Assembly (NCBI GenBank): GCA_963725865.1
Contig: CAVSAC010000012.1
Coordinates: 64,001-128,000 of the forward strand
From: Candidatus Eiseniibacteriota bacterium
GTDB lineage: Bacteria > Eisenbacteria > RBG-16-71-46
Reading direction: 5' to 3'
DNA: 64,000 nt
Each line of letters starts with the position of its first letter. The stretch's first letter is position 1. A program made the position numbers and the translations under genes. This document shows positions 20,831 to 29,922 of this stretch, in pieces. Below the pieces are notes generated by a model that was given only the letters and a program-made list of their open reading frames with translations, ran no database searches and was not told the origin of the DNA.

Positions 20831-23338
20831 ATGAGCCTGCAGCGCTGCGGGTGTGAACGGCGTGGGTCGCCCCGCACCGTGCGGCTCGGCGGCGCCGTGG
20901 TCGCGCTGGTCGTAGCCGGCACGCTCGTCGGGGCGCGGCCGACGGCGGCCGTCGAGCTGTGGGGCACGGACGGCACGGTGACGGCGGTGGCGCGTTCGGC
21001 GAACACGATCTTCGTCGGTGGAGCGTTTTCTCACGTCGGACGGTGCACCGGCTCCGGGGTGCCGCTGGACGTCCGCACGGGCGCGGCTCCGCCGGCGTTC
21101 GCCAAGGTGATTGGTGCCGTCTTCGCGGTCGCTGCTGACGGCGAGGGCGGGTGGTATCTCGGCGGGCACTTCGACGCCGTTGGTGGCCAGGCCCGGCGAA
21201 ATCTCGCGCACGTCCTCGCGAACGGCACGGTGGCACAGTGGGCGCCGAACCCCGATGGCACGGTCTGGGCGCTGGCGGCGAAGGAGGGCGCCCTCTATGT
21301 GGGCGGCTCGTTCGGCACGATCGGCGGCCAGCGCCGCAATCTGTTCGCCGCGATCGATGGTCGGACCGGGCGCGTGACCGATTGGGACCTCCAAGCCGAC
21401 ACCGCCACTCCCGGGATCTACGGCTTGTTGGTTCGTTCCATGGCGATCCATGGGAACACCCTCTACATCGGCGGCGGCTTCACGCACCTCGGCGCCGAGC
21501 AACGCGGCAATCTAGCGGCGGTGGACCTGCGAACCGGGCGGCCCACGCCCTGGAATCCGATGGTCGACGGCATGGTGTACGCGATCGCCGTGGACGAGCG
21601 GCACGTGTACGTCGGGGGGTACGATGGGGGCCAGGTGTGGAGGGTCGGCGGCGAGCGTCGTAGCGGCCTGGCGGCGATCGATGTCCGCTCCGGCGCGCTG
21701 GCAGCGTGGGATCTCCATCCGGAGAGGCCCTCCGACCCCTATTTCTACGAGCCGGCGGTCAGCGCGTTGGCGTTGCAGGGTGGCGTGCTCTACGCCGCGG
21801 GATGTTTCGTGACCATTGGCGGAGAGGTCCGCAATGGGTTGGCCGCCATCGATGCCTCGAGCGGAGCGCTCCTGCCGTGGGCTCCGAATCCAGCGGGCGG
21901 ATCGCTGTACCCGAACCTCGAGTCGCTGCTCGTGGATGGATCCTCTGTCTACATCGGGGGGTACTTCTCGAGCGTGGGCGGCGCCGAGCGAAACTGCCTG
22001 GCGGAGGTGGACGCAAGGACCGGTCTGGCGACGCCGTGGAACCCGCGACCGAACACCGATGTCCTGGCGCTGGCGACCGACGGCGAGTCGATCTACGCCG
22101 GCGGCTACTTCACGTTCCTCGGCAACTGGCAGCGGCGCTCGTGCCTCGCCGCGCTCGATGCCACCACCGGCGAACTCAAGAGCTGGGACTTCCACCTCGC
22201 GGGCTACCAGGTCTGTGCGCTCACCGTTCGCGGCTCCACGCTCTACGTCGGAGGAGATTTTTCGGAAGTGGGTGGACTCGGTCGCAGCTACCTGGCGGCG
22301 TTCGATGTGGAAACCGCGAGCCCGGCGCCCTGGACGCCGCGTCCGGGCGGGCCGGTGTGGTGCCTGGCGGCTACCGACTCCTTGCTCTACGTCGGCGGCC
22401 TGTTCGGCTCCATCGGCGGAGAGTACCGACGCCGCGTGGCGGCGGTTCGGCTGTCGGATGGCACGCCGACGGCGTGGAATCCGGACGCCGACGACGCGGT
22501 CACGACACTGGCGGTGGGGCCGGACGCGGTCTACGCGGGGGGGCTCTTCGGGCGGATCGGCGGCCAGGTTCGCAGTCGGATCGCGGCGCTCGACCCGGCG
22601 ACGGGCTCGGCGACCAGTTGGGATGCAGCCGTTCATTCCTGGGGCTGGGTCAACAGCCTCGCGGTGGCGAGAGGCACGGTGTACATCGGCGGGTTGTTCA
22701 TCGGCGCCGCCGGGCAGCTGCGGAACAACCTCGCGGCGGTCGATGCGTCGACCGGGGCGGCGACGGCATGGAATCCCGACGCGGACGGCGAAGTGGAAGC
22801 AGTCTGTGTCAGTGGCGACAGGGTGTATGCCGGCGGTTTCTTCCGCTCCGTGTCCGGGCAGAGCCGCCGCGGGCTGGTGGCGCTCGACGCGACCTCGGCC
22901 GCGGTGGTGGACTGGAATCCGATTCCGGACGCGGTCATCTGGGCACTCTACGCCGACTCGAAGACGCTCTACACCGGCGGGAACTTCGGGAGCGTGTTCG
23001 ACCTGCCGCAGATCAACATCGCTGCGATTCCGATGCCAAGGGCAGACATCGATGACTCTCCGCCCGTCCCGGGGTCTTGGATCAGCGCCTCGATCGAGCC
23101 GAACCCCGCTCGGGCAAACGCTGTGATCAGGTTCGTGACGTCCATTCCCGGGCAAGTGAAGCTCGTCTTCTATGACGTGCAGGGCCGTCAGATCGCCTCG
23201 ATCCTCGACCGCAACGACGTCGTTGCTGGACCGCGGGAGGTCCAGGTTCGCACTGCCGAATGGCCGGCAGGCACGTACTTCTGCAGACTCGAAGGACCAA
23301 ACTCAGCCGTGACGCGCAAGCTGATTGTGCTGAAGTAG
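20831..23338 (+). CDS. Second secreted 14-repeat beta-propeller protein with T9SS-like CTD
   Basis: Signal peptide, 14 Y.GG.F..W.P repeats, PNP..DVQGR..GTYFCRL; paralog of 14919..17534 (shared TGSGVPLD, FAKV.G.V.AV.ADG.GGW). Confidence 0.88.
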   Translation: MSLQRCGCERRGSPRTVRLGGAVVALVVAGTLVGARPTAAVELWGTDGTVTAVARSANTIFVGGAFSHVGRCTGSGVPLDVRTGAAPPAFAKVIGAVFAVAADGEGGWYLGGHFDAVGGQARRNLAHVLANGTVAQWAPNPDGTVWALAAKEGALYVGGSFGTIGGQRRNLFAAIDGRTGRVTDWDLQADTATPGIYGLLVRSMAIHGNTLYIGGGFTHLGAEQRGNLAAVDLRTGRPTPWNPMVDGMVYAIAVDERHVYVGGYDGGQVWRVGGERRSGLAAIDVRSGALAAWDLHPERPSDPYFYEPAVSALALQGGVLYAAGCFVTIGGEVRNGLAAIDASSGALLPWAPNPAGGSLYPNLESLLVDGSSVYIGGYFSSVGGAERNCLAEVDARTGLATPWNPRPNTDVLALATDGESIYAGGYFTFLGNWQRRSCLAALDATTGELKSWDFHLAGYQVCALTVRGSTLYVGGDFSEVGGLGRSYLAAFDVETASPAPWTPRPGGPVWCLAATDSLLYVGGLFGSIGGEYRRRVAAVRLSDGTPTAWNPDADDAVTTLAVGPDAVYAGGLFGRIGGQVRSRIAALDPATGSATSWDAAVHSWGWVNSLAVARGTVYIGGLFIGAAGQLRNNLAAVDASTGAATAWNPDADGEVEAVCVSGDRVYAGGFFRSVSGQSRRGLVALDATSAAVVDWNPIPDAVIWALYADSKTLYTGGNFGSVFDLPQINIAAIPMPRADIDDSPPVPGSWISASIEPNPARANAVIRFVTSIPGQVKLVFYDVQGRQIASILDRNDVVAGPREVQVRTAEWPAGTYFCRLEGPNSAVTRKLIVLK

Positions 23339-23416
23339 AGGGGCCGCCTCCCCGGGCTGCTCCTCCTGAGGTAACAGGTGACTCAGATTCGGACCCGATC
23401 GTGACGATGGCTGCAG

Positions 23417-23632
23417 GTGTGCCTTTTCAACCTCGCGATGGCCGCGCCGGTCGATCTCGCGATCTTCGACGTGCAGGGGCGCCGAGTTGCGACCTTGCTC
23501 CAACACGAGTCGCGCCTGGCTGGTGATCACGCTGTCCTTGTGAGCACGCTTGACTGGCCTCGAGGGATCTACTTCTGCCGGCTCGGAGCGTACGGCAGGT
23601 CCTCTGCTCGGAAGATGTTGGTTGTAAACTAG
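23417..23632 (+). pseudogene. Orphan CTD fragment
   Basis: FNLAMAAPVDLAIFDVQGRRVATLL..GIYFCRL..RKMLVVN with no passenger domain or signal peptide. Confidence 0.75.
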
Positions 23633-23651
23633 TCCGTCGCGTGTTGCCGCC

Positions 23652-23727
23652 GGCTGCTACTTCTGCCGGCTTCAGGCGGGCGGCCAGACAGCCACGCGGA
23701 AGTTCATCGCGCTGCGGTAGGGCGTCC
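23652..23727 (+). repeat. Second orphan CTD tail, copy of the 3' end and flank of the first propeller gene (17466..17541)
   Basis: GCYFCRLQAGGQTATRKFIALR* vs GCYFCRLQSGGKIATRKFIALR*; both followed by GGCGTCC. Confidence 0.85.
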
Positions 23728-23890
23728 CTGCGCCAGTCAGCTGCGAAGGATGGGCGCGGACACGGTGTCGAGCAGAGGTGGGTATGCGCAAATTGCGGTG
23801 GAGCGGAGAGTCGCTTGGTTGTCGAAGGGGAAATGGTGTTGCGCAGGGACTGCCACGGTTGCATGAACAACGCTTGCGGGGACAGAGATA

Positions 23891-24184
23891 GTGACAAACC
23901 CCGTGCGTCGGCGGATCCGAGCTGTTGTGTATGGAATGCTTATACAACTGGTGTTGCTTGTAATGGCCAAAGGCGCCGGAGGCGCTATTGGCTCATGGGT
24001 GATGTTGTGGAATGTGTGGCTGGCCACGGCGTGGGTGGAGCCCGCTGGGATGACGTGCTTCACGTCGAATGGTCAGACGACATTGATCTGTACTGTGCTG
24101 ACCATATGTGGAGTTGTTGTGGGCTGCGTGGTATACGGACTGGCGGTCCACGCAGTGTTGGCTGCGCGTGATCGTGGCAAATGA
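23891..24184 (+). CDS. Small hydrophobic protein in a lower-GC patch
   Basis: 97 aa, two to three hydrophobic segments, atypical codon usage. Confidence 0.45.
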   Translation: MTNPVRRRIRAVVYGMLIQLVLLVMAKGAGGAIGSWVMLWNVWLATAWVEPAGMTCFTSNGQTTLICTVLTICGVVVGCVVYGLAVHAVLAARDRGK

Positions 24185-24346
24185 GAGAGTGTGCGAGTCG
24201 CGCGTGCCCACCGTGGGCGTCGGCGTAGTGTTCAAGTGGGGGGTTTCCCCGACACCCGGCCTTCCGCTGAACGCCACGCCGGCCGCGGTTGAGTAGAGGA
24301 GTACAGCCAAGGCCCCAGCCTACCAAGCCTCGAAGATCGCCTTGGC

Positions 24347-25597
24347 CTACCGTTCCCCGAGACCGCCCGCGCCGCCCAGCACCTCCAGCCCCGGCAACCC
24401 CCGCCCCTCGCCATCGAACAGCGCGAGGTTCTCGCCGCCCGAGCCGAAGCGCGGCGCGCTCACCCATTCGGGCGCCCACACGAACACGCCGCGCCCGCGA
24501 CCGTGCGGCGTCGCGCGCACGATCTCGCCCAGCCGGCGCAGGAACGCCGCCTGCCCCTGCGGGCTCGCGGGGTAGCCCGGCAGCAACTGCGACGGCAGCC
24601 CGACAAGGTTGTGCGTGTCGTCGAGTGGCTCGAGCGTCCACGGGTACGCGGTCTCGACCACCACGATGTCGCGCCGGTAGCGCTCGGCGAGGATGCGCAG
24701 GTTCGCGGTCAGCGCATCGAGCCCGCCGTGCCACCACGGGTAGTACGAGATCCCGATCGCATCGAACCGCACGCCCTGCGCGACCAGATGGTCGAAGAAC
24801 CACCGGCAGCCCGCGGCGTCTCCGCCGCGATCGACGTGCAGCAGGATGCGCACGTGCGCGCCGGCGCGCCCTCGTCCACGCCGCGCGCCCCCGCGTCGAG
24901 CAGACGCGCGAGGCGCGCCCACTGCGCGGGCGTGTCGAACGCGCCGCCCACGCGTCCCGCGTCCCACAGCAGCCCGCCGGTGATCTCGTTGCCGAGCTGC
25001 ACCATCGCGGGCGGCGTGCCCTGCGCCACCAGCGCCGCGACCACGTCGCGCGTGTAGGCGCGCACGCTGTCGCACAGCGTCTCGAGCGGCAGGCCCGACC
25101 CACGCCGCGGGCACGCGCTGGTGCGCGGGATCGGCCCACGTGTCGGAGTAGTGCAGGTCGAGCAGCAGCGCCATGCCCTGCGCGCGCGCTCGGCGCGCCA
25201 GCGTCAGCACCTCCGCCAGGCCGCTGTGGCCGTCGGCGGGGGAGTGCCAGAGGCGCAGGCGCACCCACCCGACGCCGTGGCGCTGCAGGATCGTCAACGC
25301 GTCCGCGGCCCCGCTCGTGTCGCGGTAGGTGGCGCCGCCCGCTTCCTCCTGGGGCAGGAACGAGATGTCGGCGCCGACCATGAAGTCCGCCCGATCACGG
25401 GCCGCGCCCGCAGCTTGCGCGGCGCCGGGCGCAGCGCCTGCGACCGCGGCGTTCGCGCCCAACGCTCCCCGCGCGTCCCGCGCGCCACCTGCCACCACGG
25501 CGCCCTGCGCGCAGCCCGCGAGCATGACGAGCGACAGCGCCAGCGCGGCCATGAGCCGCACCTTCGCCGCGGGCGCGAACCGCCGCTCGCCTCGCAC
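24347..25597 (-). CDS. Endo-beta-1,4-galactanase (GH53) lipoprotein; compensating frameshifts 24870-25090
   Basis: Lipobox LAGC; GADISF, VRLRLW, DLHYSDTWADP, VQLGNE (ORF 24709..25065), SYYPWWHG, VVETAYPW; start 25597 or 25552. Confidence 0.9.
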   Translation of the reverse strand: MRGERRFAPAAKVRLMAALALSLVMLAGCAQGAVVAGGARDARGALGANAAVAGAAPGAAQAAGAARDRADFMVGADISFLPQEEAGGATYRDTSGAADALTILQRHGVGWVRLRLWHSPADGHSGLAEVLTLARRARAQGMALLLDLHYSDTWADPAHQRVPAAWVGPAARDAVRQRARLHARRGRGAGGAGHAARDGAARQRDHRRAAVGRGTRGRRVRHARAVGAPRASARRGGARRGRGRAGAHVRILLHVDRGGDAAGCRWFFDHLVAQGVRFDAIGISYYPWWHGGLDALTANLRILAERYRRDIVVVETAYPWTLEPLDDTHNLVGLPSQLLPGYPASPQGQAAFLRRLGEIVRATPHGRGRGVFVWAPEWVSAPRFGSGGENLALFDGEGRGLPGLEVLGGAGGLGER

Positions 25598-25857
25598 AGC
25601 ATGCGATCTCACGCAGGTCCTCCGGGGTGGTCCACCGCGCGGCATGCCCGCGCCGCGGCAGTATGCGGCCGCCGCCGCGGCCGTGCATCCCGCGGTTCCC
25701 CTGCGGGGCTCCGACCACGTACAATCAACGCGGTTTCCATAGACCTCTCCTGGCCGATCCGCGGGCCGTCCCGGCCCGCGCGCAGGCCACGCAATCGTGT
25801 CTCGACTCCGCCCGTCGCGAGTTCCCCGAGCCACGACCCGAAAGGCGGTAGTCGCAC

Positions 25858-28612
25858 ATGCGCAGGTGGTCCAGCCTCCTGGTCGCCACGATGGTGGCGG
25901 CCTTCGCACTCGCACCCACGCCGGCACGGCCGGCCGTCATCCTCTCGGAGCTGTGCGATCCAAACCTCAACTACCTCACGGATCGCTTCATCGAGATCGC
26001 CAACACCGGTCCCGACTCCGTCGACCTCACCAACTGGGCGGTGATCGCGGTCGGCAACAGCGTCGACATCCAGACTTGGCCGCTGTCCGGCGTGATCGCG
26101 CCGGGTCAGGCGAGGGTGGTGGGCAACAACACCACGATCACGGTCTTCACCGTCGACTTCCCGAACGCCGCCTGGTCGTCCGCCAACGCGACCTGGAACG
26201 GCAGGGTCGGCGACGGGGCCAAGCTGATCGACGGCGGCGGCGCCATCGTGGACCGCGTGCTCGCGGCCGGCACGCTGTTCGAGAACTCCGACTACGTGCG
26301 GCACCCCAACGTCTACGTGCCGAACGCCACGTTCACGCCGTCGGAGTGGACCAGCACGCCGGTGTCACTCGCGACCGACGCGAGCCCCGGCACTCACACC
26401 ATCACGCCGCGCCCGCCGGGGCCGTCGATCTCGCACGTCGTCACCAGCCCGGGCATCCCGCTCGCCGGAGTGGCGACCGACGTGCAGGCCGACCTCGTCG
26501 ACACCACCGCCGCGATCACCACGGTGTCGCTGGCGTGGGGGACCTCGTCGTCGTCGCTGCCCAACACCATCCCGATGGCGCTGCTCTCCGGCGCCACCTG
26601 GCAGACCACCACCGCGATCCCCGCGCAGGCCGCGGGCACGACCGTGTACTACAAGGTGACCGCCTCCGACGCCGCCAGCGGCATCGGGGTCTCGAACCTG
26701 CAGAGCTACGCGCTCGCCTACGACCTCACGATCGCGCAGGTCCAGGGCACGCTTGCGGCGTCGACCTACGCCGGCAGCGCGGTGATCACGCACGGCGTGG
26801 TCACCGGCGCGTTCGGGCTCTACTTCACCGTGCAGGACGGCAGCGGCGCGCGGAACGGCCTGTGGGTGCGCGGCACCGCGGCGCCTCCGGTCGGCGATTC
26901 GGTGGTGGTGCGCGGCACCGTCACCGAGACCGACGCGCAGGGTTACGCCGGCAACACGTTGCTCGCGAGCGCGGTGGTCGTGAGCGACACCCCGGGCGCC
27001 ACGCTCCCGGCGCCGGTCGTGGTGCCCTCGGGTAGCGCGCTGGCCGAGGCGTACGAGGGCGTGCTGGTGACGATCGCCGGCGGCGTCTGCACCAATCCCG
27101 ACGCGGGCGCCCGGCACTGGGTGGTCAACGACGGCAGCGGCGCGGCGGTGGTGGACTCGATGGGCTACGCGTTCACGCCGCTGCTCGGGACCACCTACGC
27201 CGTGACCGGCCCGGTGGACTACCACGGCGGCGCGTTCTCGCTGGTGACGCGCAGCGCGGCCGACGTGGTGTGGGTCGCCGACCTCGCCGCGCCGGTCGTG
27301 AACGCGATCGGCGAGATGAGCGAGACCACGTTCCTGGTGCAGTTCTCGGAGCCGGTCGAGCTGGCGAGCGCCGAGACGCTCGTCGCACTACGCGATCGGG
27401 GCGCTCACCGCCACGGCCGCGGTGCGCGACGCCGCGAACCCGGCGAACGTGCTGGTCACGATCGCGAACGTGCCGGCCGGCCCGACCACCCTGACGACCA
27501 ACGGCGTGCTCGACCTGTACGGCAATCCGACCGCGGGTGCCGGGCACGCGTTCACCTACACCGACGTGAGCGTGCCGGCGGGCTACTACGCCGGCGCGAT
27601 CGGGCTCCACGGCACCGCGCTGCGGGCGGCGCTGCACGACATCATCAAGAACCACGCGGTGCAGAGCTACGACTTCGCCTTCACCGCGTACACCACCACC
27701 GACGTGAAGCCGAACGGCAAGGTGTGGGACATGTACTCCGACGTGCCGGGCGGCACGCCGCCGTACGAGTACGACTTCACGCAGCACACGGGCGGGACCA
27801 CCGAGGGCAGCGGCTTCAATCGCGAGCACTCGTGGCCGCAGGCGTGGTTCGGCGGCTCGGTGACGCCGATGTACACCGACCTGTGGATCATCTACCCGAC
27901 CGACTCGAAGGTGAACGAGTACCGCGGCAACTTCCCGTACGGCCCGGTCGGCGCCGCCACCATCACCTCGCGCAACGGCACCCAGGTGGGGCTCAGCTCG
28001 GATCCCGACTACACCGGGACCGTGTTCGAGCCGATCGACGCCTACAAGGGCGATCTCGCGCGCAGCACGTTCTACGTGGCGACCCGCTACTACACCGAGG
28101 ACGCCGGCTGGCCGGGCGGTGCGGCGGCGAGCGGAGCCGATCCGCTGCCGTGGGCGGCCAAGCTCTACACCCAGTGGAGCACGAACGACCCGGTGAGCTG
28201 GAAGGAGCGCCTGCGCAACGGCGCGGTGTACGCGATCCAGGGCAACCGCAATCCGTTCGTCGATCATCCCGAGTGGGTGGCCGCGATCTTCGACTCGAAC
28301 TCGGTGGCCGGCGTCGAGAGCGCGCGGCCGCTGGTCACGCGGCTGCTGCAGAACGCTCCCAACCCGTTCCGCGTCGCCACCACCGTGCGCTTCGACCTCG
28401 CGAGCCGCGCGCGCGTGGACCTGCGCGTCTTCGACGTGGCGGGCCGCGTGGTGCGCACGCTGACCGCCGGGCGCGTGCTCGAGGCCGGGCGCCACGACGT
28501 GGCGTGGGACGGCCGCGACGACGCCGGGCGCGCGGTCGGCGCGGGGCTCTACTTCTACCGGCTCGACGCCGGCGCGCTGCGTGAGACCCGCCGCATGGTG
28601 GTCACGCGCTGA
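25858..28612 (+). CDS. Secreted endonuclease I-family nuclease with lamin-tail, Ig-like and OB-fold domains and FlgD-Ig/T9SS-like CTD; frameshift near 27385
   Basis: Signal peptide; ILSE..FIEI.N (LTD); TIAQVQG..GVVT..VQD (OB fold); NREHSWPQ, VN..RGN.PYG, KGDLAR..FY, QGNRNPFVDHP; CTD. Confidence 0.88.
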
Positions 28613-28736
28613 CCAGGCGCGGGCCGCCGCGCTCCGCGGCGCGGCGCCGTGGTAGGTTTCCGTCCCTCCGGTTCCCGAGCCGCCCGGAACCGGAGGGAGC
28701 GGGGGCGCGCTGATCCAGCAACGTCGAGGAACTCCG

Positions 28737-29234
28737 ATGGCGCGCGAGGTCGTGGTGCGGGAGGTCGAGGACGACGATCTCCCGGCGTTCTTCGAGCAGC
28801 AACGCGATCCCGAGGCGGTCCGGATGGCGGCGTTCGCCTCCCGCGATCGCGAGGCCTTCGACGCGCACTGGGCGCGGATTCGCGGCGAGCCGGACGTCCT
28901 GCTGCGGACCATCGTCGCCGACGGCCGGGTGGCCGGCAACGTCGTGAGCTTCGTGCGCGATGGTCGCACCATGGTCGGCTACTGGCTCGGCCGGGAGTTC
29001 TGGGGCCGGGGCATCGCCACGCGCGCGCTGCGGCAGTTCCTCGCCCAGCAGGCGGTGCGTCCGCTCTACGCGGACGTCGCCACGCACAACCTCGGCTCGA
29101 TCCGGGTGCTCGAGAAGTGCGGATTCGCGGTGATCGGCGAGGAGGTCATCCCCGCGGCGGCCGCGGGCGCCGAGGAAGCCGTCCCGGAGCTCATCATGGA
29201 GTTGAGAGCCGAGCTCGCGGGCGAGCCGGGATGA
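28737..29234 (+). CDS. GNAT (RimJ/RimL-like) N-acetyltransferase
   Basis: [35 protein letters not shown]. Confidence 0.9.
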   Translation: MAREVVVREVEDDDLPAFFEQQRDPEAVRMAAFASRDREAFDAHWARIRGEPDVLLRTIVADGRVAGNVVSFVRDGRTMVGYWLGREFWGRGIATRALRQFLAQQAVRPLYADVATHNLGSIRVLEKCGFAVIGEEVIPAAAAGAEEAVPELIMELRAELAGEPG

Positions 29235-29428
29235 GCCCACCCATCACATGGGCCGCCCGCTGCGGGTCGGCCACCCCGATCCGCCGCGCCGCGCCGCAGC
29301 TCGCGATCCACGTGGTGCCCGATTCGGGCACCGGGGAGCTGGTCGGGCTCACCGGAACGCTGAACATCATCATCGACGCCGGCAGGCACTCGTACGACTT
29401 CGAATACACCCTCGAGCCCGCGCCCTGA
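29231..29428 (+). pseudogene. Truncated DUF3224-family gene (C-terminal part only)
   Basis: [22 protein letters not shown]; only 65 codons, N-terminal half unrecognisable. Confidence 0.6.
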
Positions 29429-29453
29429 GCGCGCAGCGCCACCAGGAGGAACC

Positions 29454-29840
29454 ATGTCACGCGTGATGCACTTCGAGATCCACGCCACCCAGCCGCAGGC
29501 GCTGGTGAACTACTACACCGCGCTGTTCGGATGGACGTTCAAGCACCTGCCCGAGATGAACTACTGGATGATCGAGACCGGGCCGGCCGACCAGCCGGGC
29601 ATCAACGGCGGACTCGTGCAGCGTCGCTCCGGCGGCCCGGTCGAGGGACAGGCAGTGAACAGCTACGTGTGCACGGTGGGCGTGGAGTCGCTCGACGCCT
29701 CGCTCGCGAAGTCCGCCTCGCTGGGCGGCACCGTGGCGCTGCCCAAGATGGCCGTGCCCGGCGTGGGCTGGCTCGCCTACGTGAAGGACCCCGACGGCAA
29801 CATCCTCGGGATCATCCAGCCGGATACCCGGGCGGCGTAG
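29454..29840 (+). CDS. VOC/glyoxalase family protein
   Basis: MHFEI..Y..LFGW, GINGG, KDPDGN; AGGAGG RBS. Confidence 0.9.
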   Translation: MSRVMHFEIHATQPQALVNYYTALFGWTFKHLPEMNYWMIETGPADQPGINGGLVQRRSGGPVEGQAVNSYVCTVGVESLDASLAKSASLGGTVALPKMAVPGVGWLAYVKDPDGNILGIIQPDTRAA

Positions 29841-29922
29841 CGGATCGCGCGGGCAGCCGACGAGCCGGACCGCACCTCGGTCCGGCTCGTCGTGTCCGCG
29901 GGCCGCGAGCGGGCGCCGCGCT

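Noticed and set aside
8500..23000. Recurring motifs such as GGCGACGTGAACGGCGACGGC as a CRISPR array
   Set aside because: They encode FG-GAP and propeller protein repeats; degenerate, in frame, no cas genes
23641..24171. Cys-rich 176-aa ORF as a c-type cytochrome or RiPP precursor
   Set aside because: No CxxCH motif, no modifying enzymes, and it overlaps a CTD remnant and a more plausible ORF
24185..24300. Integron attC site after the small low-GC gene
   Set aside because: A GTTRRRY-like GTTGAGT exists but no complementary RYYYAAC and no integrase
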